Source of the DNA: Saprolegnia diclina VS20
Taxonomy: Eukaryota
Length of the DNA stretch: 60,004 nucleotides
Direction of reading: 5' to 3'
NCBI RefSeq assembly: GCF_000281045.1
Contig: NW_008246135.1
Coordinates: forward strand, 100,676-160,679
A program made the position numbers and the translations under genes. Shown in pieces: positions 23,057 through 37,609 of this stretch. Within the stretch, counting starts at the first letter, position 1; every line of letters starts with the position of its first letter. The notes beneath the pieces are model-generated. The model worked only from the letters and a program-made list of their open reading frames with translations, ran no database searches and was not told the DNA's origin.

Positions 23057-23711
23057 ATGAGCTTCCGCGCTGTCGTCGCTGTGTTGAGCCTGCTCGTGGC
23101 CTTGGCCCACGCGTCCCATGTGGTCGAACTCACGAGCGACTCGTTCGAGCACCTTACGCAGGCGGCCACGGGCGCGACGACGGGCGACTGGCTCGTCGAG
23201 TTTTACGCACCATGGTGTGGCCACTGCAAGCACTTGGCACCAGTCTACGAAGACGTGGCCAATGGTACGACATCCTTGATCGCGTGATCCTGGGCTAATG
23301 TCAATTGTAGAGCTGCACGGTACCGTCAACGTGGCGAAGGTGGATGTGACGGCGAACGCGGCTTTGGGCCAGCGCTTTGACATCAAGGGCTTTCCGACGA
23401 TCCTTCTCTTCCACAAGGGCTCCATGTACGAGTATGGCTCGAACGAGCGCACGAAGGAGGCTCTGGTTGCATACGCCTCGGGCGGCTTTGCATCGGGCTT
23501 GAAGAAGCCGGTGCCCACCGTGCCGACGCTCATGGACGAGGCGACCAAGCACGCGCACATCATTGTGAAGGACCTCAAGACGCTGCTGGGCACGAAGAAG
23601 AATGCGATCATTGCGACTTTTGCCTTTGGTCTTGCGATCGGCCTCGCGCTCGGCTGCTTCTGCAACTGCTTTTCGAGTAGCCGCGAGTCGCCCAAGCAAA
23701 AGCGCGCGTAG
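23057..23711 (+). CDS. Single-thioredoxin-domain transmembrane (TMX-like) protein
   Basis: Signal peptide, [21 protein letters not shown], intron 23265-23310, GFPTILLF, C-terminal TM helix, basic end KQKRA. Confidence 0.9.
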
Positions 23712-24615
23712 TGCCATGTTTGCCCTAAGTTAGCCTAGTGATTCCTCTCGAGCATACTACATATAGGTCCCGTCGTGTCTTATCCTTTGTCAGCTCTCAG
23801 GCGGCCATCGACGCGGGTGGGCCTCACCTGTCCACGCCTCGTCATCCGGAAGATCGTCGTAAATGCCGGTCTTTTTCCGGAGCCATATGTTTCAAACCCA
23901 TGTGTTTAAAACACGTTGCAGTTGGGATTAGTCGACACACGGTTGGAAATGGAGCGGCCACGGTTTGGCCGCCACGGTTCGGCAGCCGATCGTCGTACGG
24001 TTATCTTGTTCGTAGCGCCGAACGAATGCGCATGCGCTTCGCCACGTCACGACATGGCTTGCCCCGGATGCGTCAGTTGCTGGGCGTATCAGCCTATGAA
24101 ACACCGTCTCGCTTGTGCGTCAGTGGCGCCACCACGGAGCCCCTCTCGACCTCTCAACAAAGAGGCCAACGCAACGGCGCCTCATACTCTCTACTTGGAT
24201 TTGCTAGACGCTGCGTTCTCAGAGCGCGTGCATACAAGCCACGAGCGACGCTCCTGCAGCTCAAGTTGCCGCAACCCACCCTCGTCGCACGTTCTTCACC
24301 GCAGTGGACACCGTATGAATCAGAACGACCAAAGAAGCTTTGTCCTTGCGGGTTGCAGTGGTCGCTTTCGCCCTTTATCTATCGTCCTGCACAAGTCGTA
24401 GTTGAGCCAAAGATCGGTCGCGCCCATTTGCCAATGATACATGACGTGGCCGCCTGCTGGTTCGTGAATGTGTTTTAAACACGCACGTTACCCAGGTGAC
24501 CGCATTATCCGGAAGGAACGGTAAACTCGATCTTGCGTGTCGCAGAGCGGCTTTCCCTCAACGCCGCAGCAGCGCATTTGCGGATTTCCCTCCGGTCCCT
24601 CACTCAGAACTGATC

Positions 24616-25545
24616 ATGTCGACGGCCAACTACCACGACGTGCAGCTGCTCGATGGCGGCACCGGCGAAGAGCTCTTCCAGCTCGGCCTCCCGGACGACC
24701 GCAAGACGTGGTCGGCGTATGCGCTCGTCCATCCCGAGTACAATGCGCTCGTGCGCCAAGTGCACGAGAGCTTCTTCCGCGCCGGCTCCAAGTACGTCAC
24801 GTGCAACAACTACACGGTTACTGCGTGCTCGGGCTTTTCGCTGGCCGAGATCCAGCAGTACACGACGCTGGCGGGTGCGCTCGCGGTCGAGGCGCGCACA
24901 GCCGCGGCGACGCCGACGGCCAAGATTGTCGGGTCGCTCCCGCCACTCACCGAGAGCTACCGTCCGGACCTCGTGCTTCCGGCCGCGGACGCCGTGCCCG
25001 TCTACACGGTCATTGGCGATGCCCTTGCGCCGTACGTCGATATCTTCACGGCCGAGACCATGTCGTGTATTCGCGAGGCCATCATGGCCATCGATGGTGT
25101 CGCCCATCTGAAGAAGCCGATTTTTATCTCGTTTACGCTCGGTAAGGACGGTGCACTGCGCAGCGGCGAAGCTGTCGATGCGGCGATCCGGGCGGTCGTC
25201 GCCCACTCGCCGCTCGTCCAAGCCATTCTCTTCAACTGCTGCGAACCCGAGGTTATCACGACGGCCTTCAAGGGCTTTAGTGCCGAGCTCGAAGCCGAGC
25301 TGCGCTTCAAGGGCATTCGCTGGGGCGCATACGCCAACGCGCTCACGCCCGTGCCGGAAGGCTGGACGCTCTCGGGCGCCGAGGCCGCGCAGCCGCTCCG
25401 CGAAGACATGTCGCCGACCACGTACCTCACCTTTGTCGACGCCTGGATCACGCATGGCGCGACGCTCATTGGCGGCTGCTGCGCGATTGGGCCCCAGCAC
25501 ATTAGTGCGATCCGCGACTTTCTGGCCGCCAAGACCGCTGCGTAG
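24616..25545 (+). CDS. Homocysteine S-methyltransferase family protein (intronless)
   Basis: LLDGGTGEEL, GSLPPLTESYRPD, AETMS, LFNCC, GAYAN, IGGCC zinc-ligand motifs. Confidence 0.92.
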   Translation: MSTANYHDVQLLDGGTGEELFQLGLPDDRKTWSAYALVHPEYNALVRQVHESFFRAGSKYVTCNNYTVTACSGFSLAEIQQYTTLAGALAVEARTAAATPTAKIVGSLPPLTESYRPDLVLPAADAVPVYTVIGDALAPYVDIFTAETMSCIREAIMAIDGVAHLKKPIFISFTLGKDGALRSGEAVDAAIRAVVAHSPLVQAILFNCCEPEVITTAFKGFSAELEAELRFKGIRWGAYANALTPVPEGWTLSGAEAAQPLREDMSPTTYLTFVDAWITHGATLIGGCCAIGPQHISAIRDFLAAKTAA

Positions 25546-25640
25546 AGGTCGCATAACTCTGTTAGTACATGTTATAGACTCGACCACAAACTGCGTTGAA
25601 ACAGCAGAGGGTGGAGGGTCGAGGGTCACATTCGGAACTG

Positions 25641-28600
25641 TTAAGCGACGTACTCGTGGAGCAGCCACATGCAAGCGGCCTCCACGTCCTCTGTCCAGAC
25701 GTCCATGTCGTCGGTGGCTTTGCGACTCAAGGCCGCGACAAGCGATTCAAAATTGGCCTGCGTCTTGAGCGCTGCGTCCACATGCGTCAGCGCGCGGAGG
25801 GCGTCGGCGGCGGCCAAAACGCCGATGTCGTCGTACGCGGTGCTGAGCGACTGGACATAGTCGTCAAACGGCAAGTTGCGCCCGAGGACTTCGTACGGGT
25901 CGACGCGCATGCGTGGCACCGCGGCAGCGATCGTCTTGTCGTACGCGGTGCGCAGGAGCGGCGGCAAGCGCGCCAATAGCACCTACAAAGGCGTGCTCAG
26001 ATTCCATTGCTTTCGCGTACCCGATGAACCTGGGGGGGCGCAAGGGACCCGATCATGTCCTCCTACAAGAACGTATTTCGACAAGTGGCATTCCTGCACA
26101 TGTGTACCTCGGGTGTGTCGGACACGAACGAAGCTTGGCTCGACGAGTATGGCACCTCGGACGACTCGAACGAGGCGTGGCTGCTGTACGACGACGTGTG
26201 TTTCTGGGACGCCAACGACGCGGCGCTGGGATTGTTGGATACCTTGGCTGTAGGAATCTACGTTACTGGTGAGTCGTTCAACCATAAACCGTCGAGCGGT
26301 ACATCGGATGTGAACGAACTTTGGCTGTACTGCTGCGAGAGATGCGACGACGCCGTGTCCGACTCGATACCTCGGAGCTCGTGAGAAAGTGCGGCGACCT
26401 GTTCCCTGCTTGGCGCCGTCGTTTTACGTGGCAACACGTCCTCGTCGTCGCTGCCCGGCGACTCGTCGCGGGGAGTAAACTCGACATCAAATAGGTCGGG
26501 AGGCGTCGGCTCGTCGACAGAGGAGGTTGAGGCGCTCGGCTCGTCGGACGCCGTCGCGGTCGCTAATTCTGCACTGGGCAATCGCGCTTCTGTCTCTTCC
26601 TTGTGTGCTGTCCACCGTGTGGCGTCGTTGATGGGCGTATTGGGGATAGGGTTATCGACTTTGCAAACGTCGTTCTCGGGCGTTGTAGGACCCGGGGCGT
26701 GGAGCGTAGCACTGCGTGTTAACGATGTGGCGGACGATGTGTGCGCGGCCGCTCGACGCAGGGCGTACTCTCGGTACGCGGTCTGTAGCACAGCGGCTGC
26801 AATGTGGTGTGCACTAATGTCGGCAGGCGAGACTACGAGCGCTAGCGCTTCAATGGCGGCGGCTTCGCGCGCGATATGCCGCGTCACGAAGCCTTCGACG
26901 CTGAGTTGTTGGTGCATCTGGCGTCGCACCACGTAGCCCCGGATCACGGCTTGGATGGATGTTGCAGCTATCGAACGCACCGAAAATGCGGCGGCGTACA
27001 TGCTTAGCGCTGTCTCGATGGACGCGCGCACGACAGTCTCAGCGGCACTGCACAAGACGGCGGTATCTTGCGAGGGATGCTGTCGCACCGCGTTGACCGC
27101 AGCCGCTGCGAGTATCTGCACGACGGCCTCAGCGCCATCTTGACCGTGGCCTCCCAAGAACGCGGCCATCCGGTCTCGCAGCGCAGCGTGTAGACTGTGT
27201 GCATCCGTCGAGGCCGACCATGCGGCGTGTGCGTTAGCAACGCATTGATCGACGGCGTTTGGGCAGGTGTTAGCAAGGCACTTGAGGACGACTTGGAGAG
27301 ACTGGTCCTTGGAAGCGTCGTGAAAGCTCTGAAGCGCAGCGCAGATTCCACGGACAGCTGCGGCGTGCACCGTGCTATGTGGATGACGATCGGTTGTCGC
27401 TATTCGTGTATCCAACGACGCAGCCGTTGCTGTTGGGGCAGCAGACGCGGCTTCTTCTTCGTCATTCGCAACGTTGCTTTCGCCAGAGACGCTGCTTGGC
27501 GCCGCTGTGGCGTCGGCCACCAAATCATCTTGGACTGCATAGAGGGCCTCGTACGACGTGGCGGCAGTGGTACGAAGGGGGGCGGCTTCGTTTGTGGCAG
27601 CCACCAAGCCTGCTTGTGGGCAGTCGCTGGTGCCGGAGGCGACTGGCGCGCTCTTCCAAGTCGGCAACAATTTTCGCACCAAGTACCCTCGTCCGACTGC
27701 TTGAATCACCGATGCTGCAAGTTGTTGTATCGCCACGTCCACTCGGCGATACGTTTCAAGCACCGCGTGGCGAGCGTTTGCGAGTAGCCGCTTTCGCACT
27801 GCGACGCCGCGACTTAGTGCTTGGATTGTTGTCGCTGCGCGGTCGATCACCACCGCCTGCACGAGATCATTGACGTCGTCGTTGCGCAGCTTTGGTAGCA
27901 CAATCTGCTGGCGAACAAGGCAGCCGCGTACGAGGGCTTGAATCGACGTTGCAGCGATCGCTTGGATCCCAGAGTTGGCCGCGTCCCGGGACTGCGCGAT
28001 CCGGTTCTTGATACAAGTTGCGCTGGCGAGAGCGAGGCGGGATGCCATGTCGGCTTCGTCCGAGAGCAGCGCCGTACGCGGCGTCATGACGTGGGCATAT
28101 ATGTAGTCGAGGCAGGCGCCAGTGAGTCGCTCCGACATGCGCGTCGTCAACTGCCACTCGTCATCGACACGATCATGGGTCTTCTCGAGAAACGCATGAG
28201 CTAGGCGACTCGCCATGGCTTCGTCCAGCTGCGTCGAGCGTTCGGCGTCATCACGTCGCCGTCGGTGCAGCCAGTCGATGACCGCACGGGATAGATCCAC
28301 CGCCATTGCATTCTCGTCTGTCAGCACCGTCTCGGTGTGTGCCCGCACGGCAGCACCCAGGGCGAATGTTGATGCTTCGGCGAGGCGCTTTGCCATCTCT
28401 ACTGCGTCCGCGGTGGCCAACGAAAGCTGCTGCTGGCGCGACTGCGAGAGGGCGTCCGAGATGGCCTGTGCCAATCGCCATGCCATTTCTCGCTCGCCGC
28501 CTTCGATGCGTCGCGCCACTTCGTACGTCGCCTCCGTCTTGGCCAAATATCGTCGCCAGGCGTGCTGCACGACGTGTGCTGCCATGCTGTGAATGTGACG

Positions 28601-31600
28601 GGTACTAGTGCGCCGTCGCCGCGACTGGTGTCGCCGGACTACACGCTGGATCTTGCGGCTCGCTCCGTCATAGCCAGCACGCAGTGCAATACAGAGGAGA
28701 CGACATTGATGGCCGCGCACAATGGCTTGTATGGTAACCGCTGCGCTCGACCGCATGAAGCGCAAGGTTGCAACGTGACGTCGGCACCAAGAGCCTCGGA
28801 AAACGCGCTGCAGCGTTGCGGCCGCGCATGCGCGGTCCTCTACTTGCATCTACAACCAGTATTACCACGCCAGTATCGATCGCCGCGTGTACCGCCGACG
28901 TCAGCTCGCGCTGTATGTGGTAGCGCGAAATGACGTGCGTGCTGAGGTGTCGGGCGTACACTTGCAGCGCGCGCTGGCGCACGGCAAAGCCTTTGCAAAG
29001 CGCTTGAAGCACACTGGCTGCGACGTGCCGAGCTTCGCGTTGCTGGGCCGCGAGCTGCTTGGCCCGCGGCAAGACCCGGTTGCGACGCACGGAACGGCCT
29101 TTCACGACTCCTACAAATAGGATCGTCGAATACGTCGCTGGTCCAACAAGTTGTCTGTACCTTGAATGACACTGGCGGCCAAGTGTTTGGCTTCGCGTTG
29201 CTGGGCGGCCAAGAGGTCGTCTCTGGAGATGCGGACCTCGAGTTGCTGTGCAAACTCGAGTGCATGTTCTCGTCGAGCGGATGCGACTTTGGCAATACCT
29301 ACATTGCAGTTATGAGTCGTAGCATGGAACTCTCGCCACGTACTTGGCTCTCGCGGCAGCTCCGAGGAATCGGCCGGTGCGGTTGGTAGAGGCAGCGAAG
29401 GAATCTCGGGTGTACGCGCGGGCACCTCGACAGCAACGGCACTGGCCTTCTCGGCGTCAATCCAGCGTTGGGTTTCTGCATACTGAGCTTCCAACGCGAC
29501 CTGCGCCGCGCTAGCGCTCGCCTGCGCCGCATCCGCCTTGGCCATCTCTTCCTCTGCAATGAGCGCCTTGGCCTTGGCTTCGCGCTGAGCCAAGAGTGCT
29601 TTGACCTTCTCCGCTTCCTGAAGCGCTCGTAGCGCTCGGGCTTTCTCCACATCGTTGAGTGCAAGGAGCTGCTTCGTCTGCGCTTCCATTTGGGCCAGTC
29701 GCTGCTTGAAGGCCGCGGCTTCGGCTTGGGCCGCAGCTTGCTTGGCCTCGGCATCGCGCAACGCGGCTTCGGCTTTGGCCCGCGCAGCTTCTTGATAGGC
29801 AAGAAGATCGCGCGTTTCAGCTTCGCGCACCGCAAGCTCTCGCTTGGCTTCGTCGAGTAATCGGCGCTCTTGGGCGCGAATCGCAAGTTCGCGTCGCGTC
29901 GCCTCCAGCTGCTGCGCCTCGCGCATTTGCGCCTCGCGCATCTGGCGCCGGTAAGCAACAAACCACCTCCGCACGAGATACATGCGCACAATGGACTGGA
30001 TCACGATGACGCAGTGTAGCCGGTAGCGCTCGGCCCGCGTCGGCGACGGTGCTCCCCAAGCAGCCCGGGCTCGCGGCAGGCGTCGTCGCACACGGTGTCC
30101 GCGGTAGTGGGCTTGGAGCTTACGCGCCGCGACGTCGTGTATTCGTTGCATCTCGAGCTGTTGGCGATGTTGCTTGGTGATCTCGTGGGGCCGAGTATCC
30201 GTATTGGTACTGTCCGTCTCGACTGATTGCCGGAGCCGCTTGAGGTATTCGATGTGCGACACGCGTGGTGGCAGGCCCGTGGTGCTGGAAAGCTCGATTT
30301 GGTGGGCAAGCGTAGCCCGCGCCTGCGGTCGCCGGACGTCGACGCGCTCCATACGCACAGCTGGCGACGGTGCTTGAAACACTTCGACAATCTCCTCGTC
30401 CGAGTCCGAGTCGAAAAGGTTCGTTGTGATCGTCGTTTGCTGTGACGCCGATGGCCGAAGTTGGGCTTCGGACGACGCGGCCGATGGGGCATCCAAGTGC
30501 ACCTTGCTGCGTAATGAAGGCATCGGAACAGAGCGCGTCGACTGCTTGTGCGGCGGTGCAGCGATATGGGCACTGGTGGGTCGTCGACTGTACGGAGGTG
30601 GCGGCGATTGTCGGTCCGGGGGCGCGACTTTAAACGCCGACGCAGCCGCTTCTGCCGCCGGGCCTTTGGCTTTCAAAAAAGCCGCAAACGTCGGTTGCTT
30701 GGGCGGCGACGGCGCGCGGTCGTGCCAGCGTCGACCTGCCGTATCCGGCGGAGGTCGCTTCCTCGACGCCGTTGTCGGTCGCGTTGCTTTGGACGGCTGT
30801 GTTGGCTTGTAGGAATGCGCCGTGTCGGCCGCCGGTGCGACGTGACGGCGATGCGACCGCGGTGGGGCAGTCCTACGTTTTGCTTAGCATGCCAAGCGTG
30901 CGTCATGACGGTCGTACTCGACAGGCAATGGTGCGGTAGCGTGTTTCTACGCCAAAAACTCAAAATCACTCGATCCGAGAGCACGTTCGTACCTTCTTGG
31001 CAGCATCGTACGAGGTCTTAAACGTCTTCCAGAGATTCCCGTTATTCTCCTTGTACTTGAAGACCATTTGCAGAGCTTTCTTGTACCACTGGACGCCACT
31101 TCTTACCTATCTATTGTGGGAAGTTGCGTTTTACCTGGAGACTGGCGTCGCCCCGTGCGTTAAACTCCATCTCGACCGCCAAGTTATGATATGCAATGGC
31201 CAACGCGACGATCTTCTCTTCGCGGGACTGCGCGTCGAGGACGTCGCCGCCCATATCGCTTGTGACGAGCTCTTCTTGTGCATGAAAAATGGCCGACTGC
31301 GCATGCTCGAGGGCCACGTCATGACTAGCAACAATCAAGTGGCCTCCAATACGACGTCGATGTAGCGTACCGGCCGAGCTGGGACTGGATCGCACACAGG
31401 TTCAAGTGCGTCACCGAGAGATTGCGAACGCTGGGCGTCGATGCACCGAGAGACGCGGCTTCCGAGAGGTACTTAAGCGCGGTCTTGAGCTTGTGGAGGC
31501 TACACGATCGGCTCATGCACCAAGGGGAGATGTCTGGAGCGTACCGCCGGTAGTAGCACCCAAGGTTGTTGTACGTCAAGATACGCAGCGACTCGGGCGA

Positions 31601-31936
31601 CGCAAACTTGCCGGGCTTGGTGAGTGCGTCGGCCTTGAGGAGGAGGTCGAGGCAGAGCTCGTGGGCGCCGGATGCGAGCTGCTCCATCGCGTGCTGATTG
31701 TACAGGAGCACGACGTCTTGGAACATCTTGCACACGTCGTCATGCTACACGCGCATGCTATGCCATGACATGATATAAGGAAGGTCTACCTCGGGGCCTA
31801 GCATGCGTCGCTTGAGGAAGAGCCCTTGCTCCAAGCACCCGAGCGCTTCAAGGTCGAGCTGCTTGCTCTGGAGCGTCGCGACCATGCTGTCCATCATGTC
31901 GAGCAAGGTAGTCGTCGCTTCCATCGTCGTCGCCAT
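25641..31936 (-). CDS. Large multi-exon protein: N-terminal TPR-like repeats, coiled coil, at least 12 IQ-like calmodulin-binding motifs
   Basis: TYNNLGCYYRR, THLNLCAIQSQLG and AYHNLAVE TPR-type helices; IQALVRGCLVR-type motifs; terminal exons splice in frame to stop 25641. It could be two genes. Confidence 0.7.
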
Positions 31937-32323
31937 GGCGCATGGGCGGGCGGGCGGTCGGCGCGGGCTTGCTGCGGTGATCGTTACTTGCCGTTTCCGC
32001 GGAAACCGAATAATCCCGTGCAAAGCCCATACGTATGCATTTATAGAGGTTTCAATGACCAGATTATGGCTGAAAACGCGCTCCACTGTGCTGCAGGCGT
32101 CTATCGGTGCTGTGTTCAGCCCCGAGGAGTAGAGCTCATGTAGCGTAGCTCGTCGTCTCAACGATCTAGTGCTTGCTGACGACCATTGCATCGAGTTAAA
32201 GTACGATGTCAAGCCCGAGGTTGAGGTCGCGTTGACGACCAGTAAATTGCTGAATCGGGTCCATGCCAATCACGGTGTTGGGTTTGAGCAATAAATTGAT
32301 TTTTGCATTGTCCAGCCGTCGCG

Positions 32324-33701
<1,378 letters not shown>

Positions 33702-35338
33702 GCGCTCGGTCTCCGCGTACTGCGGCGTGACAGCATCGTAGACGACATTGGCCGTCAGAACAACACCCAGAGGCGTGTCGACCTACAAGCGAATATAGGA
33801 TGCTGCGTCGCTTGCTGGCGTCCGTGTCGTACCGTCATGTCATCCGTCTTTGGGGGTTGAAGGAGCTACAAACCACTGATGTTACTGGCGACGCGAGGTC
33901 CGGGGCGATGGCGTACCGTTTGCAGCTCGCTGTGCTCGGCGTGGCGTGTCTCGTAGTCGCGGAGTACGTACGTCGTGTCAAAGCTGTGATAGTAGCGCGC
34001 ATCGTGGAGCTTGACGCACTAGTCAGACCCTTGGTAGTCATTGTATCCAGCGATATGAAGATGGCAATACCTTGTTGTCGACGCGGGCAAAGAAGCGGCA
34101 CAGAATGAGAAAGCCAAACGGCATGACGCGCTACATCGTGGCATGTGCATATGAGGTCGGAGATGCTGCGCGTACGAGCTTGACACTGCACTCGACGTCG
34201 CCGAGGTCACGCACGTCGTCTAGATGCAGTCCGTGATTGCACGCAAGACGCTGCCGGCGACAGACCTTCAAAGAGGATGACGTCGTCGTAAAAGAGGATG
34301 GCGGCGTGTTCGCGCAGCCGATCGAGTGGCAGCGTCTCGCATGTCGACTGCGGCGTCACGTGCTAGAACATGCCCCCGCGATAAGCAACGCATGGCGCAG
34401 AATGATGGCGTACCTCGGGATGCGTCCCGCGGTACGCGCACGAGTACGTAACGTCGAATGCGGTGGCCTCGACGTGGTGCGCGTCTCGCTGGGCGGTCGC
34501 CCACGTCGCGAGCGCGTCTTCCGCGCAAAAGGCCACGCGCCAGCCCGACGCCTCGTGCGTCGCCTGCAAGAGGTTGTCACCAAAGAGCATTTCGGGCAGC
34601 GGTACGTGCGGCAAGTGGAAGCGGTCGCTCATGGCCGACCGCGCAGTCGAGCTCAGCGCGCCACGCTTGGTGGTCTCGAACGTCCATCCAGCGTACGCAA
34701 ACACATGGCGGCCGTCGACCACCGCTGGCTGGGCCATGGTCGTTTCGTGGCAAATCTCAACAGTGTCTTTGAGTGTCGCTTGGCCAAGATACTGTTGCCC
34801 ATGACGTGGCGGTCCACCAGAGGCCAGTGTCGTGGAGGCAATATTGCGATCTTCGCTTCGTCTCGTCGCGGCCCAACCACGCATTTGCTTACTTTACACA
34901 CTGCTTGCATGTGTCTACCTGTCGAGCGCCGTCTTTGAGGGCGACTTGCCTTTGCTCGTACTTAGAGAATAACAGTACAAGATAATACTAGAGGACAGTC
35001 GTTCAGAAGGTGTGTTCGCAGCTTACTCGCAATGTCGGAGCCGCACCACAGAGCATCCTCAGTAGCACACCTTGGCGCCAAGTCGGGGTCATGCCAAAGG
35101 GCAAGCTGCCTCGACCGACAGCCCATTGCCGGATTACCGTACACCACGGCCACTCTTGGTGTTGGATCGTGGCTGCAGATTTCGAAATCGACAAAGTCCG
35201 CAATCGCTGACGTGATCCGCGCTGGCGTGCGCCAATCACATGGCAGCAGACTGCGTATACAGCAACGTACGAACGAGTTGTGGGGCGAGTGGCCGGCAGC
35301 GCACGGACGCTTCAGAGATCAATCTTCCGCGCCTCGCC

Positions 35339-36362
35339 ATGCAGCGCTACGCCATGGCGCTGACCTTTTACGCGCTCTGGGTCGGCTCCATCTTTCTCTT
35401 TCAAGGCGCCGTGCTCACACTTCTCTGGAGTGCACACTACCGGTGGCATGTCGTCGCCTTCTACGTCGCGTACGCCTCGTGGCGCTACCTCTCACCTCTC
35501 GACACGTGGCCGCTCGCGCAGCGTTGGATGTTGCGCATGAACGCAGCGTGCCAGTACTTTCCGTCGCGGGCCGTGGTCTTTGAGAAGGGTGCCACCGCGC
35601 CGCCGCCCGACACGAAGGCCATGCTGGCCTACCACCCCCATGGCATCCTTGCCTGCGGCTGGTAAGACATCCTATAGCACTAAGAACCTAGTCGAGGCTG
35701 ATGCGCTGGTGTAGGGTCGCCAACGGCTTTGCCGACTCCGTGTTTGCGCCGTCCCAGATTTCCTGGCTTGTCTCGGAGCTGCTCTTTCTCATGCCACCGA
35801 TCGCCAACATCATCTCGTGGTTTGGCTGCGGTCCCGTGCACCGCGTGAACTTTGAGGCGCTTGCAAAGCGGGGTCGCAACCTCGCGCTCATTCCCGGCGG
35901 GTTCGAAGAAGCGACCATCTACGCCTTTGGAAAGCACCGCGTGTATCTCAAGGAGCGCAAGGGCTTTATCAAGCTCGCGCTCCAGTACGGCTACAAGGTA
36001 GTTGTCTCTCGACTCTATTGCTTTACGAGGCAACCGAGTAGGTCTACCCAGTCTACACATTTGGGGAAGAGCGCACGTATCTCGCTTTCCAGCCAGGTCT
36101 GCGTTTTCGCCTCGCGCTCAACCGGTTTAAATTGCCCGGCGCGCTCTTCCGAGGCCTCTGGTGGTGCTTCTTCCTCCCGTTTGCGTCACAGACAATGACA
36201 ACGGTGGTTGGTGCGCCGATGCAGCTACCGACGCTGCCGTCGCCGACGCCGGACGATGTGCGCAAGTACCACGACGCGTACATGGAAGCCCTCAACGCGC
36301 TGTTTGAGCGCCACAAGGCAGCGTACGCCCACGACCCCAACGAGACGCTGACGTTCTTTTAA
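35339..36362 (+). CDS. DGAT2: DGAT2/MGAT-family acyltransferase A (3 exons)
   Basis: QYFP, YHPHG, IPGGFEEA, RKGFIKLAL, PVYTFGE, VGAP. Confidence 0.9.
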
Positions 36363-37609
36363 CGAACGAGTCCAGGCACGGTATAGCTGTCCTCGCAACA
36401 CCGAGACTTCACAAGAGATGTCCCGCTCTTGGCTGCTAAATGTCTTGCTACTCGGCTATTACTTGAAGGGGCATGAGTTTCTATGGATGCAGCGGGAAGA
36501 GGTTGGCTCTGGTCCACGCGCGGTAGAGTGGACTGATATCACCCAATGTTTTCGAGCTCAACAACTCGACTACGCCACGCAGAGGTCGACAGAAGAGCGA
36601 GCTACGTCGGCACGAGTGCGATCAGCCGCCACACGGTTCCCACCCGACCATGCGCAGGATTCTTCGTGCCCCTGTTGGATCCAACACAAACGGAGCGTCG
36701 TCGGGTCACCTTAGCTTGAAGGCAAGGCAAGTTTGAAAAAAATCGGCTGAAGTTTTCAGCGACCTGGCGCCAACAGGCAGCGCAAGGAACCGCTTCATCG
36801 ATAGACGGACTGCGTGTCGTCGCGGCTTGTCGCGTTGACAAACCCAGACGCCGCGAGCTACGTCATGGCCACGACGCGGCCTCGGCGCCAGCGTGATGCA
36901 ATGTCCAGTGCTCTTTGGGATTGGGCCGCGTATGGACGGCTACGAGGAGGACCATGTACCATCATCACACCGTACGTCGACTCGACACGCGACGCATGAT
37001 CACTTGCGATATCCCATAGATCCACGAGAGACAGTGCCGAATCAGCCTACATTGTCGGGCGTGGCTGCTTGTGCCATGCGTGTCATTGATGATAACGTTG
37101 CGTTAGCCTACGTGGCAACTTCCGTAGCCTAGACTGTAGCTTACAAAGAACAAATAAGTACTTATGTGCTTATTTCATTAGGACTTCGCCGACACACTAA
37201 AAGCAGAGAAATGCCATTCGTTAGGCGCAAGGACTGGCCGAACGCTAGGATACTTCCAAGACAGCTGATTTGACGCACACTATTTTAGCGACCTTGCCGT
37301 TCATGCGTTGCTCGCGTGCCTGGTATTTTCATCATGCATGCAAGCCCGTGCTTGGTATATATATACGAGGTGCACTGCGTCCAACGCGGTGCCATAAGAA
37401 CAAAGCCGCTCGGAGAGAGCAATGCTCGACCGGATAGGAAGAACACTATTATTGAAATGTGATATAGTGTAGAGTGGCCGACGGCGCGCGTCTGTCACCC
37501 CTGGCGGCTTGTTGACACTCGATTCGTCAACAAGGGTGAACAAGGGTCATGGGCGCGGCTTCGTAGCTCATTCTGGTATTTCCTTCGCTTCGGCCAACCT
37601 GTCCAGACA

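Noticed and set aside
23712..24615. 246-aa and 161-aa ORFs between the TMX-like gene and HMT
   Set aside because: No domain signal and atypical composition; treated as intergenic.
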